Shown: positions 1 to 10,248, numbered from the stretch's first letter. The stretch is DNA of 64,000 nucleotides from an uncultured virus (IMG/VR IMGVR_UViG_3300028048_000084) (IMGVR_UViG_3300028048_000084), one strand, 5' to 3'. Made by a program: numbers and translations. Notes: generated by a model from the sequence alone, not told the origin.

Positions 1-109
1 CTTTTATTTTTTTCTGTTTTCACAACCATAATATTTTTGGTATAAAAGGCTTTAGGATTTAAAAGCATTTAACATAGAGTATATACTAATTTCTTAATAT
101 ACAGGGTGT
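1..109 (-). ncRNA. Probable group I intron (5' part; runs off the window) interrupting the terminase gene
   Basis: Terminase ORF stops just after Walker B. The following sequence has a GAAA-capped hairpin (TGTATATTAA-GAAA-TTAGTATATA, P2-like) and TTAAATGCTTTTAAATCCTAAAGCC...TACCA, which resembles the P3/P4/P5 region of phage group I introns. Splice site not resolved. Confidence 0.55.
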
Positions 110-775
110 TTAGTTTCCCATTGGAACAATTCTTTCTGAAAATGTATAATCTGATACTTTCTGCGCTTCGTCCAATACAATAACATCGAATGTTAAACCT
201 TCGATATTAGACTGGTCACTTGCTGATACCGCAGTCACATAAGATTTATTACTTAATTCAATTCTATCTTTTGTTAGTTTTACTATTTTATTATTTAATC
301 TATCTTCATTCATTTGGAAGAATGTAGATAAACGTCCGATAGATACTTCTGCCTGTTGTAAGCGTGGGGTAAATACACCTACTCGCATTTGGGGATAATT
401 ATCTATCAAAAATCCACAAAAAGAGCTAATAGACTCCGTCTTGCCCGATTGCCTAGACATCATTCCTGCTACCTGTTTCAATTTTGGATTACATACTGCA
501 CGAATTAAAGCAGTTTGATTTTCATGTAATTTCTGTCTGCTTTCAGGCAAATGGTGACGTAACACGTTTTCACAATATTCTACAGGGTCTAATCTATTTA
601 AAAAATGATGATAAATAAAATCATCTAATTCTTCACCATTAATAACATTTTCTTTACTTGACGCTACTATATCATCTTTTATAACAGATAAGTTGTTTTG
701 AATGTCTTTTGCTAACGCTTGTGTAGGCGTTTCTTCTTTATGCTTTATAGGCACTTTATATATCATTCCTTTCAT
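110..775 (-). CDS. terL: Terminase large subunit, N-terminal ATPase part (exon 1)
   Basis: Q-motif (LHENQ), Walker A SRQSGKTE, Walker B VIVLDEAQ; nuclease domain absent from this ORF. Confidence 0.9.
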   Translation of the reverse strand: MKGMIYKVPIKHKEETPTQALAKDIQNNLSVIKDDIVASSKENVINGEELDDFIYHHFLNRLDPVEYCENVLRHHLPESRQKLHENQTALIRAVCNPKLKQVAGMMSRQSGKTESISSFCGFLIDNYPQMRVGVFTPRLQQAEVSIGRLSTFFQMNEDRLNNKIVKLTKDRIELSNKSYVTAVSASDQSNIEGLTFDVIVLDEAQKVSDYTFSERIVPMGN

Positions 776-830
776 ATTCTGCTATATTAGTCTTTTTAAA
801 TAGTATATAAAATTCTTATGTAAATATAAC

Positions 831-865
831 AAAACGGGTATCTAATTTCAGATACCCGTTTTTTG
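831..865. terminator. Intrinsic terminator hairpin
   Basis: AAAACGGGTATCT-AATTTC-AGATACCCGTTTTTT. Confidence 0.8.
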
Positions 866-1073
866 TAATTATATGATTTTAAGTGGATAATTTCTTTTTA
901 ATTAATAAAAAATGCTCATAACCTATATCACTTACATCTGTTTGCCATTCCAATGCACGGAGCTTGTCATCTGAAGGATGGGCAATTAATTTTTTAATTT
1001 TAAATCACTTTCATAATTTTAAGGATTATCATATTCTTCATCATATGAAAAATCTTCTTCATTAAGTGCTTTT

Positions 1074-1496
1074 TTAGTAACTTTTTTCACCATCAATTAT
1101 AGTATCAATATAATTTTTATATTTATCTGATAAATCATCTATAAGCATATCATATGCGTTCCAAAAATCTTCTTCTCCAACTCTTGCAGTATCATTCCTA
1201 CTAAACAAATGCAATACATGATTATTATCCTTTAAATTTACAAGTGTATCATCAACAAATGAAATATCAATCATATCTGTAATTGCATCTGAAACGATAT
1301 TTTGTATATCTTCATAATTTAATGTTTTTTTATCACTATAAAAATTATTAACGACGTTATTAATATTTTTTTTAATTTCTGCATCGGATTTATTACAAAA
1401 ATCCATCATAATTTCAAAAAAATCATGTTCTGTTCTCGGAGTTCCATCACTATTGATATTTTTAATTTTAATATTGTTTGCAATCAATCTTTTCAT
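1074..1496 (-). CDS. Hypothetical protein with MKRLIA N-terminus (possible head-associated protein)
   Basis: ORF with RBS; an acidic coding tail continues in a shifted frame to about 1019. Confidence 0.7.
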   Translation of the reverse strand: MKRLIANNIKIKNINSDGTPRTEHDFFEIMMDFCNKSDAEIKKNINNVVNNFYSDKKTLNYEDIQNIVSDAITDMIDISFVDDTLVNLKDNNHVLHLFSRNDTARVGEEDFWNAYDMLIDDLSDKYKNYIDTIIDGEKSY

Positions 1497-1515
1497 TTCA
1501 ACACAACCTCAATCT

Positions 1516-2547
1516 TTATTCTATATTATTATTTTTAAATTCTACATCATAACCAATTTTAGCTTTATCTAAAAGTTGTTTTGTATTATTATCATACAAT
1601 GCAAGGTTCATTGTATGATTCCCATTATTATGGAATTTAAATGCGAACATTTCATAAAAACCGCTTTTATTTAATTCTAAATTGGTTATCTTAAATTCAT
1701 TTTCTTGATAGTGTGGCATATAATTGCTACTGAATATCGTAGTATCATCACAACGCACATATAAAGTACAATTTAAATTATTATTTAAGCTATCAAATGA
1801 TTTAATTTTAACTGCCACTTTAACGAAATCATCACAAGATTCCGTTACAATATTAACTGTATCTGCATTATAAACAAATTTATAATCTGTATGAGTGTTT
1901 TTGTTATCTTCTGATGGATTATCATTATAAGCATCTGCTCTAGTAAAATAAGGTGTTCCATCATCTTTAAAACGTATAATATACTCTATTCCACCATCAG
2001 ACAACACATGATATTCTTGTTTTGGATTGAACATTAATTTTAATTTATCTATTTCTGCGGATAATGCTTCATACTTATCATAAAATTCTTTTAATTGTTT
2101 TCTATCTTCTGATGTAAAAGAATAATCAGATTCTAATCCACATTTATATGTGCATTTCATTTCTTGTGTAGAACTGAAATTAAATACATTACGCAAATCA
2201 TAAATCATGTCTTGTGTAATCATTATTGTACTAGCATTTAATTCAATAATACACAAATGAAAACAATCTTCAGGAAGTTTAGGAATACGTTTTTCTTCTG
2301 TAGATTGAACACCATAAGTATAAACAATTTCACCCTTTGAATTAATAGATAAAACAACTAACCATGTACCAATGCGAGGTGCTTGTAATATTTCACTATC
2401 TTGTTCACTAAAATTAATCACTTGATTATTATAAATAATCGTTCCGCTATTGATATGAACACACATATCTGCAACGTCTAATTGTGTTACGCGAAACATA
2501 TCCATAATCTTTTTTGATTTAAAATATTTCTCAGAATTTAATATCAA
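1516..2547 (-). CDS. Hypothetical virion structural protein
   Basis: 343-aa ORF, GAGGTG RBS, located in the structural region. Confidence 0.6.
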   Translation of the reverse strand: MILNSEKYFKSKKIMDMFRVTQLDVADMCVHINSGTIIYNNQVINFSEQDSEILQAPRIGTWLVVLSINSKGEIVYTYGVQSTEEKRIPKLPEDCFHLCIIELNASTIMITQDMIYDLRNVFNFSSTQEMKCTYKCGLESDYSFTSEDRKQLKEFYDKYEALSAEIDKLKLMFNPKQEYHVLSDGGIEYIIRFKDDGTPYFTRADAYNDNPSEDNKNTHTDYKFVYNADTVNIVTESCDDFVKVAVKIKSFDSLNNNLNCTLYVRCDDTTIFSSNYMPHYQENEFKITNLELNKSGFYEMFAFKFHNNGNHTMNLALYDNNTKQLLDKAKIGYDVEFKNNNIE

Positions 2548-2553
2548 TTATTC

Positions 2554-4179
2554 TCACCTCACATCTATGATATTCTTTCTCATGTCTATGATATTGTTTT
2601 TAACGATATTCTTAACTTTATTACGTAAATCTATACATACTTTTCTTAAATCTTTTACTAAATGAAATTTGTTTGCTAAACGAACAAAATAGCTTTCTCC
2701 ATAATAAGGATTTGTATAAACCTTATTTATATTTGATTCGTTTTTTAATGCTTTTGCTACTTCTTCTTGTGAACAATTAAATGTATCGTCATCAACAAAA
2801 GCAATATCTCCAACTACATGACCAAATCCTACTTTTTCATCATTGATTTGATTTTGTACAGACCTTCTACTGCGACTTTTATTACTATCATCACCTGTTA
2901 TCATATTAACCAAATCTCTATGTGTAGCATTTGAATCTTTTCCAAAATAAATTTTTCCTTCATAATAAATAAAAGGTTTGTCACGATTAAAATCATTTAT
3001 ATGATTAATGTTTTTAACTGGTATTCTTCTACCAATCGCATCATCATTATTATCCAATTCTGTTGCCAAATCATTTGCTTGCGCATTTTTTATTTTAGAA
3101 AAAGCATTTCTATATTTAATAGCAGAAGAATCTTTATTTAAATAACAAAACCATTGGTTTTCTTCATCATCTGTGGAAATTTTATTTTGTTTTCTCAAAA
3201 AATCTATTACATCACTAGGATATTCAATGCCTAATTGGTCTAATGGCATATCAGCAAAATATTTTTTTATATCGTCGGAATCAAGCAATTCAGTATATTG
3301 CTTATCAAAATCTATATCTGCCGTTTTGCGAAGGTCTAAAATTTTATCTTTTTTTTTACTTCCATACACATATACTAATGGAAAATCTTTGTTAATAGGT
3401 TCATCACGCATATCTAACATTGGATATTCTTCTTTGTATTTTTTCAATTCTCTTAGCCAATGTGCATACTGTAAATAACGTTCTCCCCAATCATCACAAC
3501 CAGTTAAACTATTTAACTGTGCGTCTGCCATTTCATCACAATGTTCAATAGCTTCATCTAATGTTAATAATCCAGCTGCGGTTACTTTTTTTGCTACGCA
3601 TTTATTATTTTGATATGCTTTTAATTCTTCTAGCCAATCAGCTAATTGTATATATTTTTTTGCCGATTTTGTACGACCGTTAAAATCATCCAATTGCTTT
3701 TTTGCCATTTTTTTGCAACGAGCAATTTCTTCATCTAAAGACATTGAAATATTATTTTTACGCAAATCCATTACAATAGGTTTTCTTAAATCTAGCACTT
3801 TTGCTTGCAACTCCCTTTGTTGAAAAGAATTGTTGATTTTTGTGATACGATGAATCAAACGATTAGCATTATAATTTACACAATGATAAGCATCACTCTT
3901 ACGTTTAAGATTGAATTTACTTAAACGACCAAAATATTTATCTTTTACATTGTCTCCACGCAAATATACTTTTCCGTTGCAACAATCGACAATAACAGAA
4001 TCATATTTATCCATATATTTACCGCTTAGAGCTACTTTTACATAACTATTATTGCGTTTGCTATTTAAATTATTGTTTTTAAATTCTTTATTAAAATAAT
4101 CTACCAAAGCTAATGTAAAATCATCATTCTTACTTTCATTAGGCTTAACGGTAATTTTTGCTATTAAACGTTTTTTCAT
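2554..4179 (-). CDS. Hypothetical protein with MKKRLIA N-terminus and repeated (L/I/M)D(L/M)R(K) motifs
   Basis: 541-aa ORF; about 8 DLRK-like motifs; two copies of LDE.I..C......Q....WL.ELK.Y. Confidence 0.75.
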   Translation of the reverse strand: MKKRLIAKITVKPNESKNDDFTLALVDYFNKEFKNNNLNSKRNNSYVKVALSGKYMDKYDSVIVDCCNGKVYLRGDNVKDKYFGRLSKFNLKRKSDAYHCVNYNANRLIHRITKINNSFQQRELQAKVLDLRKPIVMDLRKNNISMSLDEEIARCKKMAKKQLDDFNGRTKSAKKYIQLADWLEELKAYQNNKCVAKKVTAAGLLTLDEAIEHCDEMADAQLNSLTGCDDWGERYLQYAHWLRELKKYKEEYPMLDMRDEPINKDFPLVYVYGSKKKDKILDLRKTADIDFDKQYTELLDSDDIKKYFADMPLDQLGIEYPSDVIDFLRKQNKISTDDEENQWFCYLNKDSSAIKYRNAFSKIKNAQANDLATELDNNDDAIGRRIPVKNINHINDFNRDKPFIYYEGKIYFGKDSNATHRDLVNMITGDDSNKSRSRRSVQNQINDEKVGFGHVVGDIAFVDDDTFNCSQEEVAKALKNESNINKVYTNPYYGESYFVRLANKFHLVKDLRKVCIDLRNKVKNIVKNNIIDMRKNIIDVR

Positions 4180-4291
4180 CGTTCAAAAATCCCCTTTACA
4201 AATAAGTTTCCGTTCCCATATTTTGTTCTAAATAATAAATAATATTTACATAAGAAAAAATAAGCTAGAGCAAAATATCCCTAGCTTATTT

Positions 4292-5077
4292 TTAATTTTG
4301 AATGAATTTAATAATTTCTTGTTCCACTTGTCTTTGAACTTCTTCTACTTTAATATCCCCATGACTCCAAGGCAATTTACTTTGAGAAAATATTTGATAT
4401 TTACTTTCTGCCAATTTATTGATTTCTTCTAAAGAATATTCACCACGTTTAATTTTTAGCAAATCTTCTTTTATATCCGAACAATTTAATGCGGTTTCCA
4501 ATGGATTTTTAACGCGATAATGTAAATTGATAATGTATCTAGTCATAACTACAATAGGATAAATGGCTTGAAAAGCACGCTTGCAATTATATCCAAACTG
4601 TTGATAACAAAATTCATCTGTTTTATATGTTTGTAGCCAACCCATATCTTTTTCAAATAAGTTTTTACTCCATGTAAACATAGCAGGAAGATTAACCTGT
4701 GAAATTTGTTCTCTGTTTTTGATTAAATAATCACATAAGGTTTTAAATTTTGGATTGGTATATAAATCTCTGCAAAACAATACCGCTATTTGTGAAATAT
4801 TGCCTAATTGTAGATTGTAAACAATTCTACGAACATCATCAAAATATATTTCCATATTATTCTTCATAAAAAAATTATGTCTACGTCTATTATATATTAA
4901 CTCATGAATTGTTGGCATAACATAAGTATGTATGTCTATATCACTAAAATCATCTTCTAAATGAAATCCTCTTGAACCCACAACACCACCAAAAACTACA
5001 TTATTTATATTTACATTAAATTCTTGTATTAATGATAAAACATCCATATCTACCATTACGCCTTTCATAATTCTCAT
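4292..5077 (-). CDS. Pol-beta superfamily nucleotidyltransferase (RlaP-like)
   Basis: GSRGFHL...SDIDI motif; C-terminal LLKIKRGEY. Confidence 0.8.
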   Translation of the reverse strand: MRIMKGVMVDMDVLSLIQEFNVNINNVVFGGVVGSRGFHLEDDFSDIDIHTYVMPTIHELIYNRRRHNFFMKNNMEIYFDDVRRIVYNLQLGNISQIAVLFCRDLYTNPKFKTLCDYLIKNREQISQVNLPAMFTWSKNLFEKDMGWLQTYKTDEFCYQQFGYNCKRAFQAIYPIVVMTRYIINLHYRVKNPLETALNCSDIKEDLLKIKRGEYSLEEINKLAESKYQIFSQSKLPWSHGDIKVEEVQRQVEQEIIKFIQN

Positions 5078-6012
5078 TTATTAATCATATCTATCATTGG
5101 TTTGTAAAACGCTTTACATACGTCACAATATAATTCTTTGTTTGTTTCGTCAATTAATGGGCAACCGCCTTTACACATTGATTCTACATAACATTGACCA
5201 CAACAAATATAATTATCCTTTGTTGTATCAAAATCAATAGCATTAATTAATACTTCAATTGGATTAGAAAAAATATTACCTACAATTTTATCTGATAAAT
5301 AACAGAAATATATGTTTCCCTGTAAATCAACGCACCATGATATTATACTGCTTGCACAAAAACAAAACTGCCTACTACTTGTAGAAATCAAATTATCTAT
5401 TTTATAAAAATTCTTACAAAACAAATCATTTGCTTCTGTGCCCCTATGAGAAATATTAATCATCTGATTATAAATTGTATCAGTATTTATATCTTTATCT
5501 AAATTACAAATAGATGGTGCATAATTATAATTCAAATTATATCCATGTCTATTAGAATAATCTTTGATAATAGGAAAAACACCTTGAATAAAATCATTTG
5601 GATAAGACATATGATTTAAAACACCGTTGATTATTAAATTATCTATATCTAAGATAAATGGATTTTCATCGAACACGTCATAACCAACAATATCTTTTTG
5701 ATTTAGTCCATAATATTTTATTGTAATTGATACTTTATAAGTATTTAAATAATCAATCTTTTCTGATATTAATAAACGTCCGTCTGTAATAATACCAAAA
5801 TTGGCATAATTATGATACATATTAATTATATTAACAACTAAATCCCAATGATTTGTTGGTTCATCACCACAAATTACAATTGTGACTCGTTTATTTTGTG
5901 TTTTGATAATATTGCTTATCCATTGGATAATATCTTCTGATAAATCTGTTGCATTTTTATCTAATCTCAAATAAATGTTTTTTAATGATAAAATCATATT
6001 TTTTATCCTCAT
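5074..6012 (-). CDS. Degenerate radical SAM/SPASM protein lacking CxxxCxxC
   Basis: GDEP (for GGEP), ITDGRLL, SPASM-type C...GNIYFC...CxxC.....CKGGCP. Confidence 0.75.
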   Translation of the reverse strand: MRIKNMILSLKNIYLRLDKNATDLSEDIIQWISNIIKTQNKRVTIVICGDEPTNHWDLVVNIINMYHNYANFGIITDGRLLISEKIDYLNTYKVSITIKYYGLNQKDIVGYDVFDENPFILDIDNLIINGVLNHMSYPNDFIQGVFPIIKDYSNRHGYNLNYNYAPSICNLDKDINTDTIYNQMINISHRGTEANDLFCKNFYKIDNLISTSSRQFCFCASSIISWCVDLQGNIYFCYLSDKIVGNIFSNPIEVLINAIDFDTTKDNYICCGQCYVESMCKGGCPLIDETNKELYCDVCKAFYKPMIDMINK

Positions 6013-6912
6013 TTAAGAACTTGTAATACCATTATTGCTATTGGAACCAGAACCTGTTTGACCTTCTCCGACAGTATATGTATCATTTTCATGATATTTC
6101 ATATTCAAATACTTAATTGTACTATAACCATCTACACCCTTTACTGGGAACCACGCTTTAATACTATTAAAAGCATCTTCTTCACTAAAATTATCATTGT
6201 CGTTTTTGTATGTATCAGTTATAAATACATATTTCTTTATTTTTTCATCATATTTCACTTGTTTTTTAGCAATATAACATATTCTACCTGTTTTGGATAT
6301 ATATTTAATTGGAAATTTGTTGACATTCTGAAAATAAAATTCAATATAATATTTTACATACTTATCTCCATTATCATTAACAGGAGTACCATAAATTGTA
6401 CCAGTAATAGAATATTGACTAATATTATCACTATACTTTACATCTGGATTTTGCACATACTTAACATTTTTATATTTCAAAACGCTATAATCATCTACAC
6501 CTGATTGTGGCAACCAAGATTGAACTACATTATGTGCATCCGATTCATTATAAGTTGTATTTGCTTTAGTATATGTTTTTGTTTTAAATAAATATTTCTT
6601 TTTACCTGCATCGTATTTTACCATGCTTTGTTTTAACGAAATAGTCTTATTATTTTCTGATTTATATTCAATTGGGAACCGATTAACACCTTGAATATAC
6701 ATATTCGCAGTATAAACAACAGATTTTGCATTAGTATCTTTATTAATATGATTTGTACCATATACTGTACTTGTAATAGTATATCCATCTATAGACGATG
6801 GTGTTTCTTGTTTTTCCCATACTAAAACATTATTATAATAAACCTTTTTTACGTCAACGCCATTATATGTTATTGCAGTTGGTATTTTATCTGCATAATG
6901 TAAGTTTTTCAA
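6013..6912 (-). CDS. Tail-associated hypothetical protein with two ~120-aa internal repeats
   Basis: N-terminal KKVYYNNVLVW shared with 7252-7446; repeats Y(T/S)IT.T.YGT...VN(R/K)FPI.Y...VKYD...GVD.YS. Confidence 0.7.
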   Translation of the reverse strand: MKNLHYADKIPTAITYNGVDVKKVYYNNVLVWEKQETPSSIDGYTITSTVYGTNHINKDTNAKSVVYTANMYIQGVNRFPIEYKSENNKTISLKQSMVKYDAGKKKYLFKTKTYTKANTTYNESDAHNVVQSWLPQSGVDDYSVLKYKNVKYVQNPDVKYSDNISQYSITGTIYGTPVNDNGDKYVKYYIEFYFQNVNKFPIKYISKTGRICYIAKKQVKYDEKIKKYVFITDTYKNDNDNFSEEDAFNSIKAWFPVKGVDGYSTIKYLNMKYHENDTYTVGEGQTGSGSNSNNGITSS

Positions 6913-6931
6913 TTATTCCACCCAATTTCTA

Positions 6932-7255
6932 TTAACTATAAAAAGTTACCCATTCATCATCAATTAAAGAACCATTTGTAATGATATTTAAACAAAATCT
7001 TTTTTTAAATGGTTGAAGATAATTAACTATATATCTTATAGCATCTTTGTATAACAAAGGTTCTCCACCAAAAAATGTAATGGTGATGCGTTTATTCGTA
7101 TTATTAGTATCTTCTGCTAAATTTTTTAAAAATTTTAGAACTTTTTCATCAACATGTACTTTGATTTGTTCACTCCTTGCGTCATGTTGTAAACAATACG
7201 TACATTGAAAATTACAAGCAGTACCTAATATTAAAAAAACTCTACTAATTTTCAT
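6932..7255 (-). CDS. Radical SAM protein, N-terminal fragment
   Basis: CNFQCTYC, FFGGEPLL, IITNGSL; stops at 107 aa. Confidence 0.85.
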   Translation of the reverse strand: MKISRVFLILGTACNFQCTYCLQHDARSEQIKVHVDEKVLKFLKNLAEDTNNTNKRITITFFGGEPLLYKDAIRYIVNYLQPFKKRFCLNIITNGSLIDDEWVTFYS

Positions 7256-7446
7256 TCACCATCACAAGAGTCATCACAATCATCATTATCATCGCAATCG
7301 TCATTAGGGTCAGGTTCAGGTGAAGGATTAACTTCTTCATATGACCAAACCAAAACATTATTATAATATACCTTTTTACAACCAATAGAATTATATATGA
7401 TTTGTTTCGACATTATGCCATCAAACAATAAAGACATATTACACAC
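7252..7446 (-). CDS. Small Cys/Asp-rich peptide (possible radical SAM substrate)
   Basis: C-terminus DPNDDCDDNDDCDDSCDGE; ATGA overlap with the radical SAM gene. Confidence 0.7.
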   Translation of the reverse strand: MCNMSLLFDGIMSKQIIYNSIGCKKVYYNNVLVWSYEEVNPSPEPDPNDDCDDNDDCDDSCDGE

Positions 7447-7452
7447 ACTTTC

Positions 7453-8985
7453 TTATACTGATTCTAAAATTAGAACACCATTTGTCGCATCCCAACTTTT
7501 TACTCGAATAACATTACTAGGCTTTCCTGTTACTTCTTGCCAACTAGGCCAGCGTGTAGCAGTAACAGGTTTGCCGCCTACCTGGTCCCATGAATGAGCA
7601 TGACTTGACGGAGTGAATGTAATAGGTTTTCCTGTAACACCTGACCATGCTACATTAGTAGCCGTCTTTGCATTTCCTGTTATATTAATACCCCATGTAC
7701 CACTAGCACCAGCACCGGTTTTTGTAGGGGCATAGTTATTATAGTTCCTGCTGTCGAGTACAACGTCGGTTGAACTATTATCGCTCCGCAAGTTAAGTAA
7801 GTCCTCGCCATTCGATAATCTCTTACCGACTGCGCCGAGGAACTTCGTTTTAGACGAGAAACGGATGCCGCTCATATTGTCGTCAGATGTCTTCTTGACT
7901 TCTGGAAGGGCGTTAAGGTTTGTTGACGCAAACGTAATTTTGCCTGTTGTCGTGTCTCCTGCTTTCTTAACATAAGTATTCGCGATATTTGTGCCGTTGC
8001 CGTCATTTACTGCTTTTGTAGCACTAGCCGCATTACCGCTGATATTAATGCCCCAAGTACCTGATGCGCGCGCACCAGTGACCGACGGATAGGCACTATC
8101 GTGATTATGCGCGCTCGGCGGATATGTTCCTGGCTTGCCTGTTACACCGCTCCATGCAACAGACGAAGCTGTATTTGCTGTTGTAGCTTTATCTGCTGCG
8201 CCGGCACTCTTTGCATAATTAACACTAAAATTAGATGGATTCCATACATACGCATTAACGCCATCATTAGACCCAAATAGCCATGTTGGTTGTCCACCTT
8301 GTCCGCTCCAATGAAACACCATATTTCCTGCGCCATTATTAACAATGGTACTAGCTTTTGTAGCAGAAGTAGCATTACCATTTAATGCGCCATTAAATGA
8401 CGTTGCATATACATTATGTGGAAAATGTGTATTACCGCTACCATCTAAAAGAGTGACTTGGTTTGCTATAGTTTTAAATGTCCCACCGCTTCCGCCATAT
8501 TGACGGAAATAAATACATTCATCGCCATTATCTGCCATGTCAAAAGAAACAAAACCATTATCCGTACCGTTTGTACCAACATTAATTCTAAATAAGTCTG
8601 TACCCATTTTTGTACGTATTATATCGACATTGTTTGAACCATCAGGAATTGATTTTGCCAAAGAATCCGCAACCACAGAATTATTAACAGAAAGCTCTAC
8701 ATAACCATTATTATTACTTAAATTATTTAAATCAGAAATGACATATGTTGATTTTGTACTTGATACTTTAATTATATCTCCCTCTGAAACTGTCGCTTTT
8801 GTTAATTTAAATCTAGCAGTATCATTAGAAACAACCAATATTTTATTTTTACTTCTATCAGGTAAATTATCTACACTAACTGTCCCTGATAATCTACTCG
8901 CAGGAATATGGTCATTTTCCAAATGCCATACACGAGAAAGTAAATCTTTGATTAAACCAGACAAAGAATATTTCATTATTTTCAC
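7453..8985 (-). CDS. Tail fibre protein
   Basis: FNGALNGNATSATKA, WSGVTGKP repeats, ASGTWGINI repeats, HNHD/HAH metal-binding motifs. Confidence 0.85.
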   Translation of the reverse strand: MKIMKYSLSGLIKDLLSRVWHLENDHIPASRLSGTVSVDNLPDRSKNKILVVSNDTARFKLTKATVSEGDIIKVSSTKSTYVISDLNNLSNNNGYVELSVNNSVVADSLAKSIPDGSNNVDIIRTKMGTDLFRINVGTNGTDNGFVSFDMADNGDECIYFRQYGGSGGTFKTIANQVTLLDGSGNTHFPHNVYATSFNGALNGNATSATKASTIVNNGAGNMVFHWSGQGGQPTWLFGSNDGVNAYVWNPSNFSVNYAKSAGAADKATTANTASSVAWSGVTGKPGTYPPSAHNHDSAYPSVTGARASGTWGINISGNAASATKAVNDGNGTNIANTYVKKAGDTTTGKITFASTNLNALPEVKKTSDDNMSGIRFSSKTKFLGAVGKRLSNGEDLLNLRSDNSSTDVVLDSRNYNNYAPTKTGAGASGTWGINITGNAKTATNVAWSGVTGKPITFTPSSHAHSWDQVGGKPVTATRWPSWQEVTGKPSNVIRVKSWDATNGVLILESV

Positions 8986-9056
8986 CTCATTAAAAATATT
9001 TTTCCTATATACAAAATAAAAAAGCTAATCACTTTTAGAAGTGACTAGCTTTTATT

Positions 9057-9632
9057 TTAAAGTTCTACTGCATCGGATTCCATACAAAGGTCATCATATT
9101 TTTGTTGTGCTCCATCTGGACCAGCTTTAACAATTTGATTAAATACATTTTTTAAGTATTTTGTAAGTTTAGAACCAAGGCTACTTTCTGTAACAAAATC
9201 TGTTTTCTTAACTGATTCTGCAACCAATTCAACGACTTTTTTCTGTTCATTTTCATCTAACTTTTTAATATCTTGGTAAAGAGTATTATTAACTTTTTCA
9301 CTTAATGTAACTTGAAAAAAGAAATTAAGTTCATCAACGCACTCACGTACAATTTCATTCACAGGAAACTCTGAAAATTCAGGCTTATCACCATTTGTAA
9401 CTTGATTAATTACATCTTCAAAAGTTTCTTTAACAAAAGAATAATATCCTTTTAAATATTTGTCTGCACCTGCATCAATGCTATCTGTTAAACCAAATGC
9501 AAAATCTTTATATTCCTCTGAATTTTTAAACTCTGTCTTGACTTTCATCCAAATTTTTGTAGCCATTTTGGATAAATCCATAGGAACAACATCAGACTTA
9601 ATCAGACGTTGCTTTACAATATTCATATGCAA
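9057..9632 (-). CDS. Hypothetical protein
   Basis: 191-aa ORF followed by terminator hairpin at about 9020-9055. Confidence 0.7.
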   Translation of the reverse strand: MHMNIVKQRLIKSDVVPMDLSKMATKIWMKVKTEFKNSEEYKDFAFGLTDSIDAGADKYLKGYYSFVKETFEDVINQVTNGDKPEFSEFPVNEIVRECVDELNFFFQVTLSEKVNNTLYQDIKKLDENEQKKVVELVAESVKKTDFVTESSLGSKLTKYLKNVFNQIVKAGPDGAQQKYDDLCMESDAVEL

Positions 9633-9640
9633 ATCTTCCT

Positions 9641-10246
9641 TTACTTAACAATATTTTTTTTAATAATATTTTTTATATCTTGTACACAATCAGGAATACT
9701 ATGGTTTTCCACTCGAATATCATGGATGCCCAAACGATTAAAATTCTGTACACTAAAATCTTTACTATCAGAAATAAATCTACGACACATTTCTGTATAA
9801 TCTTCATTACCGCTCATTTCACGAGAAAGATTTCTTAACAATCTTTCTCTATCATTAACAACCAAATGAATAACAATAACATCTTTGCCATAGATTTTCT
9901 GTAACTTACTAACTCCTTCAAGAGAATTAATCATAATATACTTATTGTTTGATTTCATATCAAATTGTCCATCATTTACAGTAAAATATGTCCAATCTCC
10001 ATGAACTGTTTTATAAGTACGATATTCAATGACTTTTCCTTGATGTTTTAGTTTAGAAAAAATTCGTCTATCAACAAAATAATATTCTTTTCCATTGTTT
10101 TCATTTGCTCTAATCGGTCTAGTTGTATAAGTAATTATTGGAGTTAAACCTAAATCCATATTCAATAGGTTTTTGAATATAGTATCTTTTCCGCTACAAC
10201 TAGCTCCAACAATACAATATATTTTTGCCATTACATTACTATCCAC
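9641..10246 (-). CDS. gmk: Guanylate kinase
   Basis: GASCSGKDT P-loop, TYTTRPIR.NE.NGKEYYFV. Confidence 0.9.
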   Translation of the reverse strand: MDSNVMAKIYCIVGASCSGKDTIFKNLLNMDLGLTPIITYTTRPIRANENNGKEYYFVDRRIFSKLKHQGKVIEYRTYKTVHGDWTYFTVNDGQFDMKSNNKYIMINSLEGVSKLQKIYGKDVIVIHLVVNDRERLLRNLSREMSGNEDYTEMCRRFISDSKDFSVQNFNRLGIHDIRVENHSIPDCVQDIKNIIKKNIVK

Positions 10247-10248
10247 CT

